A stretch of DNA of 64,000 nucleotides from Minisyncoccota bacterium (GTDB taxonomy: Bacteria > Patescibacteriota > Minisyncoccia > UBA6257 > XYB1-36-10): assembly GCA_041651415.1 (NCBI GenBank), contig JBAZJH010000002.1, positions 20,474-84,473 of the forward strand, read 5' to 3'. This document shows, one piece after another, positions 55,625 through 64,000 of this stretch. The notes under the pieces are model-generated. The model worked only from the letters and a program-made list of their open reading frames with translations, was not told the origin of the DNA and ran no database searches. A program made the position numbers and the translations under genes. Numbering within the stretch: the stretch's first letter is position 1; every line of letters begins with the position of its first letter.

Positions 55625-55701
55625 TTTTTGAGGGCGAAAAATAAGGGGAAAAATAAAAATGACGAATTAAAAATTTCTAATGACTAACTAATTAAAAATT
55701 A

Positions 55702-56496
55702 CTAATGATTAACTAGAAGAGAGAGTTTAAGAAGAGATTCAAAATTAAGGTCTTGCGGGCGAGAATTTGGAAGAAGACCGATTTTGGCGATAAGTTTCAA
55801 GGATTCAGCTTTATCGATTTTAAGGCCGGCGGAAAGGTTATTTAAAAGGGTTTTCCTCGGCTGTTTAAAAGCGGCTTTAGCGGTTAAGAAATAAGATAAC
55901 TTTTCAGTTTCGGATAATTGTTGTTCCTTTTTTTCTATTAAAACGGCTACGGAGTCAACTTGAGGAGGCGGAGAAAAGCTTTTTTTAGGAATAGAGGAGA
56001 TTATTTTAGGGTTTCCCCAAGATTGAATAGAAGCAGCCAAGAGATTAAAGTTTCCTTTTTCAGCGGAGAGACGCTCCCCCACTTCCTTTTGAATGGTAAA
56101 AACAACAAGTTTAGGAAGAATGGCGAGTTCGCCGATTTTTCTAAAAAGAAAACCGGTTAAATAATAAGGAATGTTGCCGCAGATTTTATAAGGAGATTTT
56201 TTGATTAAGGAAGGGAGAATTTTTAAAATATCGCCTTCAACAATTTCAAGGCGATTTTCGGAAGAAAATTTCGCTTGAAGAAGAGAAACGAGTTTTTTGT
56301 CTTTTTCCACAGCAAAAAGGCGGAAATTTTGGGGAACTTTCAAAATTTCCGAAGTAAGCTCGCCATGGCCGGGACCGACTTCAACAATAAAATCGCCGTC
56401 CTCCGGATTAACGGCGGAAACGGCTTGTTTGATTTTGGCTTTATCTTTCAGAAAATGTTGTCCGAGATAACGAGGCATAGGAAGTATAATTTTCAA
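55702..56496 (-). CDS. rsmA: 16S rRNA (adenine1518/1519-N6)-dimethyltransferase
   Basis: GQHFLKD, VVEVGPGHGELT and NIPY motifs. Confidence 0.9.
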   Translation of the reverse strand: MKIILPMPRYLGQHFLKDKAKIKQAVSAVNPEDGDFIVEVGPGHGELTSEILKVPQNFRLFAVEKDKKLVSLLQAKFSSENRLEIVEGDILKILPSLIKKSPYKICGNIPYYLTGFLFRKIGELAILPKLVVFTIQKEVGERLSAEKGNFNLLAASIQSWGNPKIISSIPKKSFSPPPQVDSVAVLIEKKEQQLSETEKLSYFLTAKAAFKQPRKTLLNNLSAGLKIDKAESLKLIAKIGLLPNSRPQDLNFESLLKLSLLVNH

Positions 56497-56529
56497 TTAA
56501 CAATCATCAATTTACAAACAATAACGGAT

Positions 56530-57495
56530 TTAACCGCAACCGCACATAGTGGTTGCCGGGTCCCAAAGAGCATTAGGAAAACTCCGGCAGACACTATTCA
56601 AGCAACCCAATTGAATTGTGCAAGCCGCGCCGCCAATGCCGCAATCATAAACAAAATTACAACCGTGAACATTGCAGAATTGCCCGCAATTACAGCAATA
56701 ATTAGGGGAAGAAAAACCAACAACAGGATTGCCGGGAGCCAAGTCCTTATAGCAAAAAGGAGGAACGCCGATCCAAGCCGCTTCGGCGGTCTTAAAAAAA
56801 TTTCCGAATAAGTCCAAGAAGCTTAATTTCTTTTTTAATAATTCTTCGCGCTGTTCCGCTTTCAATTCCGGAATTTTATTAAGTTTTTCTTTCAAACTTA
56901 AAAATTCATCGTCGGAAAGACCGGCAACAGATTTATAAAAAGAAGCGAATTTTTCCAGAAAACTATAAATTTTTTCTTCGGAATCAAAAGAAGTTTTTTG
57001 CGAAGAAGAGATAAAATTTTGTTCAACCATCAAATCTTGAATTCTTGAGAGATGGCTTAAGTAATAATCCGGCCAAAGATTGGAAAAAATTTCTTCTTCC
57101 GACAAGGCCGGCTTTATCTCCGGCTGGTTTTGAACGGAAGGAAGAGAAGAGGCGCTACTTTCGGAAAAGACGGAAGTAAAAGGGGAAGAAACGGGATTAA
57201 GGAGGTCGGAAACAGATGAATTATCTTCAGTTTTGGGACTGGCAAGTTTTTCGACAAAAAGTTTCAAGTCGGTTAATGATTTTTCGGAAGAGTTTTGATT
57301 GTCAGAAAAAAGAGAAGGAAAAGTTTGCGGGGAAACTTCAGGAAAAGAAGCCGGTTCAGAAACGATATTATTAGCCGGAGCTTCGGAGGGGTTTGCTTTA
57401 AAAAAAAGAAAACCGAGAGTGGCTAAAAATCCGAGAAAAATGACTATTAAAGAAGAGCGGATGCTCATAGGTTTATTATAAATCCCAAATGACAA
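56530..57495 (-). CDS. Membrane-anchored protein with an acidic/Ser-rich linker and a C-terminal ~80-aa cysteine-rich domain (14 Cys)
   Basis: N-terminal TM helix; C-terminal CYKDL...CCNCGQFCNVHGCNFVYDCGIGGAACTIQLGCLNSVC...CGCG. Confidence 0.6.
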   Translation of the reverse strand: MSFGIYNKPMSIRSSLIVIFLGFLATLGFLFFKANPSEAPANNIVSEPASFPEVSPQTFPSLFSDNQNSSEKSLTDLKLFVEKLASPKTEDNSSVSDLLNPVSSPFTSVFSESSASSLPSVQNQPEIKPALSEEEIFSNLWPDYYLSHLSRIQDLMVEQNFISSSQKTSFDSEEKIYSFLEKFASFYKSVAGLSDDEFLSLKEKLNKIPELKAEQREELLKKKLSFLDLFGNFFKTAEAAWIGVPPFCYKDLAPGNPVVGFSSPNYCCNCGQFCNVHGCNFVYDCGIGGAACTIQLGCLNSVCRSFPNALWDPATTMCGCG

Positions 57496-57613
57496 ATAAC
57501 AAATTACAAAAAAGTTTGTTAGTTAAATGTGATTCTTCGACTCGTCGGATTCGCTCAGTAAATTTAATTACTGGATTCCCGCCTACGCTGGAATGACACG
57601 TTAAATAAATTAA

Positions 57614-59410
57614 TTAGATGGAAATGTAGCGTTCTTCGTCGTCGAGTTCAGCGCAGTTTTCAAAACTCATAAATTCGGAAGGGATTTCGGAAAGAAAACG
57701 GGAAGGAAGGCCGAAAAAACTTAAATGAAGATTTTTGCGGGCGCGGGTTATCGCGACATAAAGAAGACGGCGTTCTTCTTCAATGTCTTCCGGCTTATAA
57801 AAAGACATCTGGTGCGGAATAAGGCCGTCCGAAACTCCGACCACAAAAACATTATCAAATTCCAAACCCTTGGAAAGATGGACAGTCATAATATTCACAA
57901 AGCGGGAAGAAACAACCCGGCTTTTTGATTTCGGGGCGGCATCGGAGCTCTGAAACAAAGAAACGGATTCAAGAAATTCAGAAAGGGAAGAAAAACCGGA
58001 AGCGAAAGAGGTGAGCTCGGCAATGTTTTCGGCGCGTTCGGAAAAATTAGGAAAGTTTTTTTGAAGCAAATTCAAATAGCCGGTTGATTCCAAAATAAAT
58101 TTAATAAGTTCGGAAGGAGACAGGGTTTTAGCTTTCAAGGGAAGAGCTTCTTTAAGCCCGCGAGAAGGCTTTTTTTGAAAACCTTTTTCCATCCGGTCAA
58201 AGCTTAATAAATCGCTAGGGTTACTGGCAAAAGAAAGAGCGGCGACAAGGTCTTTAATTTCTTTGCGGTCATAGAATTTCAAGCCGCCGAAGATTTGATA
58301 AGGAATGCCGTTTTCAATAAAGGCCTGTTCAATGGAACGGGATTGAGCGTTAGTGCGATATAAAACGGCGACCGAGCCGGAATTCAAAAGAGGCGGGATA
58401 GCGGAGGCGAGCCAGCCGGCTTCAGTTTCTTCATCATCATGTTCAAAGAGCTTGAGCTTCTCCCCTTCTTCATTATCCGTCCAAAGATTTTTCGGACGCT
58501 GATTTTTATTTTGAGAAATAAGAGCGGAAGCGGCGCCGATAATGTTTTTAGTGGAACGATAATTCTGGTCAAGAACAATAACATTAGTGTTTTTAAAATC
58601 CTTATCAAAATTAAGAAAGTTTCGAAAATCGGCGCCGCGAAAGCCGTAAATAGCCTGATTGTCGTCGCCAACAACATTGATGTTGCCTGATTTTCCTCCA
58701 AGAAGCTTAACAAAAAGATACTGGGCGCGGTTCACGTCCTGATATTCATCGACGAGAATGTGGGTGTATTTTTTTTGATATTTAAGAAGAGTTTCGGGAC
58801 GATAGCGAAAAATAAGAACGGGCTTTTCAATGAGGTCGTCAAAATCAAAACCGTTGTTTTCTTTCAAGTCGGATTCATATCTTTCATAAACTTCCGCCGC
58901 CAAGCGGTCTTTTTCATATTTAGATTCCTTAAAAGATTCGACATCAAGAAGGTCGCTTTTGATATCGCCGATTTTACCGGCAAAAAAAGAATAGCCAAAA
59001 CTCTTATCAACATTCATTTCTTTCAAAATGCGTCGAAGCAAGCGGGAGGAGTCGGAGGAATCAAAAATAGAGAAGTTCGGAAGGCGGCCGACAAGCCGAG
59101 CATCGCTTCTTAAAATCTTCGCACCGAGAGAATGAAAGGTGCCGACAAAAGACGGAAGATTGCGAAAAGAGCCGCCGGCCGCGGATTCAATGCGCGATTT
59201 CATTTCGGCAGCGGCTTTATTAGTGAAGGTGATAGCGAGAATATTTTCCGGTTTAACACCCATTTCAAGAAGAGAGAGAAAACGGCCGGTCAAAGTGGCG
59301 GTTTTGCCGCTACCGGCGCCGGCAACAATCAAAAGAGGCCCATTTTGAGGCATTTTTACCGCTTTTTGTTGACGCTCATTCAGGTTTTGGAGTATAATCT
59401 CTTTATTCAT
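57614..59410 (-). CDS. UvrD/PcrA-family DNA helicase (short form)
   Basis: LNERQQKAV...GPLLIVAGAGSGKT and the other SF1 helicase motifs; 598 aa. Confidence 0.9.
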   Translation of the reverse strand: MNKEIILQNLNERQQKAVKMPQNGPLLIVAGAGSGKTATLTGRFLSLLEMGVKPENILAITFTNKAAAEMKSRIESAAGGSFRNLPSFVGTFHSLGAKILRSDARLVGRLPNFSIFDSSDSSRLLRRILKEMNVDKSFGYSFFAGKIGDIKSDLLDVESFKESKYEKDRLAAEVYERYESDLKENNGFDFDDLIEKPVLIFRYRPETLLKYQKKYTHILVDEYQDVNRAQYLFVKLLGGKSGNINVVGDDNQAIYGFRGADFRNFLNFDKDFKNTNVIVLDQNYRSTKNIIGAASALISQNKNQRPKNLWTDNEEGEKLKLFEHDDEETEAGWLASAIPPLLNSGSVAVLYRTNAQSRSIEQAFIENGIPYQIFGGLKFYDRKEIKDLVAALSFASNPSDLLSFDRMEKGFQKKPSRGLKEALPLKAKTLSPSELIKFILESTGYLNLLQKNFPNFSERAENIAELTSFASGFSSLSEFLESVSLFQSSDAAPKSKSRVVSSRFVNIMTVHLSKGLEFDNVFVVGVSDGLIPHQMSFYKPEDIEEERRLLYVAITRARKNLHLSFFGLPSRFLSEIPSEFMSFENCAELDDEERYISI

Positions 59411-60103
59411 ATTTGTCTTAAAGTTTTAGCGAGGGCGGTTAAGAAATTAGAAGATCCTCTTTTTTTAGGGGTTTTTTTAGCGGGTTCCCTGTTCTTTTCA
59501 AAAGCGGTTTTCGCTTTAGGAGAAAACGATAAAAATTATCTAAATTTAGGAGGTCCAGTTAATAATACAGAAACAGCCCTTTTAAGCCAAGAAGGGGCTT
59601 TGTTTTCAAAAGACTACAACGAAGAAGGAGTAACTGAAGAAACAGAAGAAAAAATAGTTTTAATAAACGAGGCGGAGGCCTTAGGGAGCGTGCCGATTGA
59701 CACGGAAAGTGATTTCAGAAAAATCGGTTCTTATAAACCAAATCTGGCGGGATATTTTAAAATGCCGACAAACGGATTCAATTCCGGAGCTTTACATAAT
59801 TACAACGCGGTAGATATCGCGAACGCTTGCGGAGCGGGAATCGTGGCGGCGGCGGACGGCGTGGTTATAGAAGAAAATTCCGGAAATTGGAACGGAGGAT
59901 ACGGCTCTTTTATAAAGATTGAGCATCCAAACGGAACAAAAACGCTTTATGCGCATAATTCGGAAAATTTGGCGGCAACCGGAGATATCGTGAAACAAGG
60001 AGAAGAAATAGCAAAAGTGGGGAAAACAGGAAACGTAAGCGGGCCGACCGGATGCCATTTGCATTTTGAAGTGCATGGAGCGGTTAATCCGTTTGTAAAA
60101 TAA
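59411..60103 (+). CDS. M23-family (LytM-like) metallopeptidase, secreted; start codon uncertain
   Basis: HNYNAVD ... YAHNS ... GCHLHFEV (HxxxD and HxH zinc motifs); a signal-peptide-like segment starts right after the divergent uvrD start; no in-frame ATG/GTG/TTG downstream of the uvrD start, and the track start lies 279 nt inside uvrD. Confidence 0.68.
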   Translation: MCLKVLARAVKKLEDPLFLGVFLAGSLFFSKAVFALGENDKNYLNLGGPVNNTETALLSQEGALFSKDYNEEGVTEETEEKIVLINEAEALGSVPIDTESDFRKIGSYKPNLAGYFKMPTNGFNSGALHNYNAVDIANACGAGIVAAADGVVIEENSGNWNGGYGSFIKIEHPNGTKTLYAHNSENLAATGDIVKQGEEIAKVGKTGNVSGPTGCHLHFEVHGAVNPFVK

Positions 60104-60190
60104 TTATTTATAAAAAAATTTCTAATGACGAATTTCTAATTTCTAATCAATAAAGAGAATAACTAAAAGAAAAAGTATATAATTTAAGAA

Positions 60191-60370
60191 ATGATTAGTA
60201 AATTTAAAAAAATTTGGAATATATTTAACCCATCTTTAAAAGAAAAAATGGAAAAAAATCCAAATATATCAATATTGGGATTTTGTTGGGCGTGCATTTG
60301 GAGAGTTTATGTTTTATTAATACTAATTTCATTAGGATTAATAGTTGTAGAGTTTATTTTTGAGTTATAA
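60191..60370 (+). CDS. Small membrane protein (59 aa), not in the ORF track
   Basis: ATG 8 nt after a tatataat -10 box (leaderless-like); MISKFKKIWNIFNPSLKEKMEKNPNISILGFCWACIWRVYVLLILISLGLIVVEFIFEL; followed by a terminator. Confidence 0.45.
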   Translation: MISKFKKIWNIFNPSLKEKMEKNPNISILGFCWACIWRVYVLLILISLGLIVVEFIFEL

Positions 60371-60392
60371 CATAAATAGAAATAATTTTAAA

Positions 60393-60416
60393 AAGCCTTA
60401 AATTTGAGGCTTTTTT
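60393..60416. terminator. Bidirectional intrinsic terminator
   Basis: aagcct / aggctt stem followed by ttttt. Confidence 0.7.
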
Positions 60417-60430
60417 AAGTTGAGAAAAAA

Positions 60431-61960
60431 TTAATCTTTGAGGCGATATTGGAAGGCTTCTTTTAAGTGGGAGGCGAGAACATTTTCGGAATCTTCCAGG
60501 TCGGCAATGGTGCGGGCGACTTTCAAAATGCGATAGAAGCCGCGGCCGGAAATGAAAGATTTTTCCAGAGCGGATTTCAAAAAATTTTCTCCTTCTTTAT
60601 CCAAATTAACAACCGCGGAAGCAAGCTTGGAAGACATTTCGCTGTTAGTGAAAATTTTAACGCCAAGCTTTTTAAATCTTTCTTTTTGGCGAGCGCGAGC
60701 TTTAATAACCAAATTTCTTAATTCAGCGCTGCCTTTTTTAGGGACGGAATCGCTTTCCATCAATTCGCTTGTTTTGACGCGCGGAACAAAAATCTGAAGG
60801 TCGATGCGGTCAAGAAGCGGGCCAGAGATTTTTTTCTGATAACGGAAAATTTCGTTGGCAGTACAACGGCAATCTTTGTCGGGGTCGTTATAAAAACCGC
60901 AAGGACAAGGATTCATGGCGGCGATAAGCGAGAAGCGGGCGGGAAATTCCAGCGCGCCGCGAGCGCGAGAAACAAAAACCCGGCCATCTTCCAGAGGTTG
61001 GCGGAGAGATTCCAAAACGTCTTTTCGAAATTCAGGAATTTCATCTAAAAACAAAACGCCGCGGTGGGCGAGAGAAATTTCGCCCGGCTTCGGGATTTGG
61101 CCGCCGCCGATAATGGAAACTCCGGAAGCGGTATGGTGAGGCGAACGAAAAGGACGAATGTTAATAATCCCCTCTTTGGTTAAACCGGCAACGCTATAAA
61201 TTTTGGTGGCTTCAATGGATTCCTCAAGAGCCATAGGAGGCAAAATGGAAACCAGAGCTTTTGCCAGCATACTTTTGCCGGAGCCGGGCGGGCCGGACAT
61301 CAAGAGATTGTGGCCGCCGGAAGCGGAAATCACGAGAGCCCGCTTGCCATTTTCCTGTCCGCGGATATCGGCCAGGTCAATTTCATATTTTCCGGGAGGA
61401 GAAGAAAAATCGGCGAGAGCAGGAAGAGCAGATTTCCGGCCTTCCAAGATTTCAATAATTTCCAAAATGTTTTTTACGGGAATGACTTTAAGATTTTTAA
61501 TGACGGACGCTTCTTTAACATTTCCTTCCGGCAGAAAAAGATATTCGATTTTTTTACTTTCAGCCATTTCGGCGATATTCAAAGAACCGAAAACGGGACG
61601 CAAGCCGCCATCCAAAGAAAGTTCGCCGATAAAAATTTTATCAGCAGAATTAAATTCTTTTATCTGTTTGGAAGCCAGGAGATAACCGAGAGCGATGGCG
61701 AGGTCATATTGCGAGCCGGCTTTTTTAATGTCAGCAGGAGCCAAGTTAACCGTGATTTTGCGATTTTCCCGATTAGGCGGTTTTAGACCGGAGTTTTTTA
61801 AAGCGGAATTAACTCGCTCTTTGGCTTCAGAAAGAGCTTTATCGGCCAAGCCGACAATATTAAAAGCATGGAGACCGACATTAATATCAACTTCAACATC
61901 AATCAGTTTGGCATGAATGCCTTCAAGTTCGGCGGAAAAAATTTTTGCGACTTCGGCCAT
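60431..61960 (-). CDS. comM: YifB/ComM-family Mg-chelatase-like AAA+ ATPase
   Basis: N-terminal Lon-like domain and an AAA+ core with GPPGSGKS and Walker B VLFLDE; 509 aa. Confidence 0.9.
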   Translation of the reverse strand: MAEVAKIFSAELEGIHAKLIDVEVDINVGLHAFNIVGLADKALSEAKERVNSALKNSGLKPPNRENRKITVNLAPADIKKAGSQYDLAIALGYLLASKQIKEFNSADKIFIGELSLDGGLRPVFGSLNIAEMAESKKIEYLFLPEGNVKEASVIKNLKVIPVKNILEIIEILEGRKSALPALADFSSPPGKYEIDLADIRGQENGKRALVISASGGHNLLMSGPPGSGKSMLAKALVSILPPMALEESIEATKIYSVAGLTKEGIINIRPFRSPHHTASGVSIIGGGQIPKPGEISLAHRGVLFLDEIPEFRKDVLESLRQPLEDGRVFVSRARGALEFPARFSLIAAMNPCPCGFYNDPDKDCRCTANEIFRYQKKISGPLLDRIDLQIFVPRVKTSELMESDSVPKKGSAELRNLVIKARARQKERFKKLGVKIFTNSEMSSKLASAVVNLDKEGENFLKSALEKSFISGRGFYRILKVARTIADLEDSENVLASHLKEAFQYRLKD

Positions 61961-62151
61961 TGTTAAAATTTTATCTTAAAATTTTAAAAAGCCAAAATTA
62001 TAAAATGAAACTTCATGGTTTTACGAACAAAGCATCTTGAGTTTTATCCCGCCCCGAGAGAGTTTTTGCAAAAATTAAAAAAATATTTTAAATTCACAAA
62101 AAACAAGAATTAAAAAATCTGCCGCTGGCAGATTTTTTAACATTCGATTTT

Positions 62152-62370
62152 TTATTCCTCGCCAAGTTCTTTTTCTATTTCTTCAAGGCGAGATTTTAAA
62201 GTTTCTTCCAAAGCCAATTTCATATTAACAGCTTCCGTTTCATGCGACTCATCATCACCCCCGTCGATATCAGAACCAAAATCAGTGCTTTCTTTTTTTA
62301 GTTTGGCCAACTGTTCTTTTATGTCCTTAAGCTCTTCTTCGAGAACTTTTTTTCTTTCCTCGTTCAACAT
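62152..62370 (-). CDS. Small acidic coiled-coil protein
   Basis: 72 aa, E/K-rich. Confidence 0.4.
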   Translation of the reverse strand: MLNEERKKVLEEELKDIKEQLAKLKKESTDFGSDIDGGDDESHETEAVNMKLALEETLKSRLEEIEKELGEE

Positions 62371-62377
62371 TTATTTG

Positions 62378-63493
62378 TTATGGGTTAATTAACGGGACGG
62401 CGGCTTTCAGTCCCGGATAGGAGGCAGATACTATAAAGTAGTTCCCCATCCACATATAGTCAATAGCCGCCTTTTTATTGGAAAAAGTGATGTATCTTGT
62501 CGGAACCGAATTAATTTGGCCATCAAGAAAGTCGGTAGAAACTCTTGTCCCTTGATTTTCCACAAAAATATTAGAAAAATCCGAGGAAGTTTCAAAAAGT
62601 TTCATAGCGCTTTCAGCGTCAAAAAGATTGGAATCGGCTTTTAGTTTAGCGATAAAGCCCGGCCAAACTTCAGAATCAGCATCATAATAAGCAAAAGCGG
62701 TAAAGTCGCTTTCAAAATAATTCTCTAAAGTTTCTTGGCTTAGACTGGGAAAAAGAGAGCTAAAAAATTCAGAGAATTTCATCTGATTGCCATCTTTCTG
62801 AACAACAAATTCCGAGACAGTGGAAGAAGCGGAAGCAATGCCAGCCGGTTTTAAAAGAGCAGAAATATCTGTTTTAAAAGTCAGAGAAGAAAAAGAAAGA
62901 GAGCCGATAGAAGGAGTATTTAAGTAAGAAGAATGAGTGATAACGGGAGCAATGGTTTCTTCCGAAACAGGAGTAGTTTCAGGCAAAGTAGTTACAGGCA
63001 TAGTATTTTCAACAACAGGAGCGGAAGCAGGAAAGAAAATCGGATAAAGATAAGCGTAGCCAACATAACCAAGCAATCCAACAGCCACAACCGCAACAAC
63101 TATAAGGATAATTTTTTTCCAATCAACACTTTTTCCGGAAGGAGCTTCGGCGATTTCTATTTGATTCTGCCCAGGAACAAAAGATTGTTCTCCGCCGAGT
63201 GAAGAAGAAGGAAAACCAGCGCCAAAAGGAGACGCTTGGTCACTAGATGCGCCGGGAGTCGGCGAGGCGGGTTGATTTGCTTCGCTTAAATTAAATTTTT
63301 TGGGCTCGGGAGAACCGCCGCCGCTTTGTTTTACCGATTGAATATCGGAAGGCATAGTGCGAACATCGACTGAAGAATCTTTCGGGGGCTCCGGAACAGG
63401 CCCGCCTAAAGGCGAGACAGGTCCGCCAAGAGGCGAGACGGGTCCGCCTAGCGGAGAAGAGCCGACCGGACTATTGAAATTTTGATTATCCAT
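62378..63493 (-). CDS. Membrane protein with N-terminal PLGGPVS tandem repeats
   Basis: (S)PLGGPV repeated 3 times, one TM helix, and a C-terminal extracytoplasmic domain. Confidence 0.55.
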   Translation of the reverse strand: MDNQNFNSPVGSSPLGGPVSPLGGPVSPLGGPVPEPPKDSSVDVRTMPSDIQSVKQSGGGSPEPKKFNLSEANQPASPTPGASSDQASPFGAGFPSSSLGGEQSFVPGQNQIEIAEAPSGKSVDWKKIILIVVAVVAVGLLGYVGYAYLYPIFFPASAPVVENTMPVTTLPETTPVSEETIAPVITHSSYLNTPSIGSLSFSSLTFKTDISALLKPAGIASASSTVSEFVVQKDGNQMKFSEFFSSLFPSLSQETLENYFESDFTAFAYYDADSEVWPGFIAKLKADSNLFDAESAMKLFETSSDFSNIFVENQGTRVSTDFLDGQINSVPTRYITFSNKKAAIDYMWMGNYFIVSASYPGLKAAVPLINP

Positions 63494-63578
63494 AAAAAGT
63501 TTTTAAAGCGCTTTTTTAATTTTAATCTAAACCAAAAGGAGGCTTTTCTTTTATTATAAACCTTTATGGAAATAAAGG

Positions 63579-63844
63579 GTGTGTGGAAAAGTTTCGCTCC
63601 ATGGCAAAAACCTTTTTCAAAAAAGGGCGAATCGCCAAAATTTTGAAAAAAGTTTTTGCCATCTCGCTTAGGGTGATGAGAGAGAGGCTTGCTAACGCAA
63701 GCTTTTTAAAAAGACAGGGAGTTTAATTATTATTTCTTCCTAAAAAATTCTTAATTTATTAAAGCTTCTACACTACATTTTAGAGAGCGGATATTGGTTA
63801 TTCGCTTTTAGTGATAATGGGGAAGCTCCGACTTTAGTCGGAGC
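63579..63844. repeat. ~260-nt structured repeat, copy 2 (related to 11039-11298)
   Basis: Same 5' and 3' conserved blocks as copy 1; ends in a gctccgac-loop-gtcggagc hairpin followed by a T-run. Confidence 0.55.
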
Positions 63845-63953
63845 TTTTTATAAACCATGCCCGCTTCAGCTCCGCGATGCTTTTAAAACAATGTTTTTGT
63901 AATGCTCGCTTATGAGTGGTGAGAATGGTTTATTTATAGGGGTTTTAGTTATA

Positions 63954-63982
63954 TTGACATATATTATAGAGTATGCTATAAT
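63954..63982 (+). promoter_or_regulatory. Consensus sigma70 promoter (TTGACA-17-TATAAT) at the window edge
   Basis: ttgacatatattatagagtatgctataat. Confidence 0.55.
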
Positions 63983-64000
63983 TACTTTAGTAACATTGAA

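Noticed and set aside
59132-59410. Track start of the M23 peptidase ORF
   Set aside because: It would overlap 279 nt of the well-supported uvrD/pcrA N-terminus on the opposite strand; the ORF start is placed after 59410 with an uncertain codon
1-64000. CRISPR arrays, rRNA genes, reverse transcriptase/DGR, transposases, integrases
   Set aside because: Looked for regularly spaced repeats, rRNA-like conserved blocks, YxDD RT motifs and recombinase motifs in all ORFs; none found. The only att-like signature is the tRNA-Arg 3'-end duplication, which has no integrase

Overview
This is a low-GC, gene-dense window that looks like a streamlined CPR/Patescibacteria-type chromosome. That lineage call is an inference from several features: IF-2 and UvrC are N- or C-terminally truncated, ValRS is short, there is a class II B12-dependent RNR with an adjacent corrinoid adenosyltransferase, many -10 boxes sit directly in front of start codons, and the T4SS genes are of the monoderm (Gram-positive) type. 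Housekeeping genes include recG, uvrA, uvrB, uvrC, a uvrD/pcrA-family helicase, valS, tyrS, tsaD, infB, rbfA, rsmA, comM/yifB and nrdJ. There are seven tRNAs: Glu, Arg-CCG, Leu, Cys, Ser, Gly, and a second Arg whose anticodon reads GCG. The window also holds a RelE/Phd toxin-antitoxin pair, an ECF sigma/anti-sigma pair, a two-component system with a substrate-binding protein, glycosyltransferases, a radical-SAM/SPASM enzyme next to cobA, and several small peptide genes with clean promoter/RBS/terminator signals that the ORF track missed. The most notable feature is an ~11.8 kb minus-strand operon at 43811-55596 that encodes a type IV secretion-like apparatus: a PrgI/VirB3-like protein, VirB4 (split by a frameshift), a VirB6-like polytopic protein, a VirB2-like pilin with a C-terminal extension, and large secreted proteins. 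No relaxase, coupling protein or integrase lies in the window. The operon sits next to a tRNA-Gly/tRNA-Arg pair carrying a 26-nt duplication of the tRNA-Arg 3' end. Several families of structured intergenic repeats recur: a CTCCGAC-loop-GTCGGAG hairpin, a ~90-nt composite element in two copies, and a ~260-nt element in two copies. No CRISPR array, rRNA, reverse transcriptase or transposase was seen. Coordinates of motifs located by eye are approximate to within about 2 nt.
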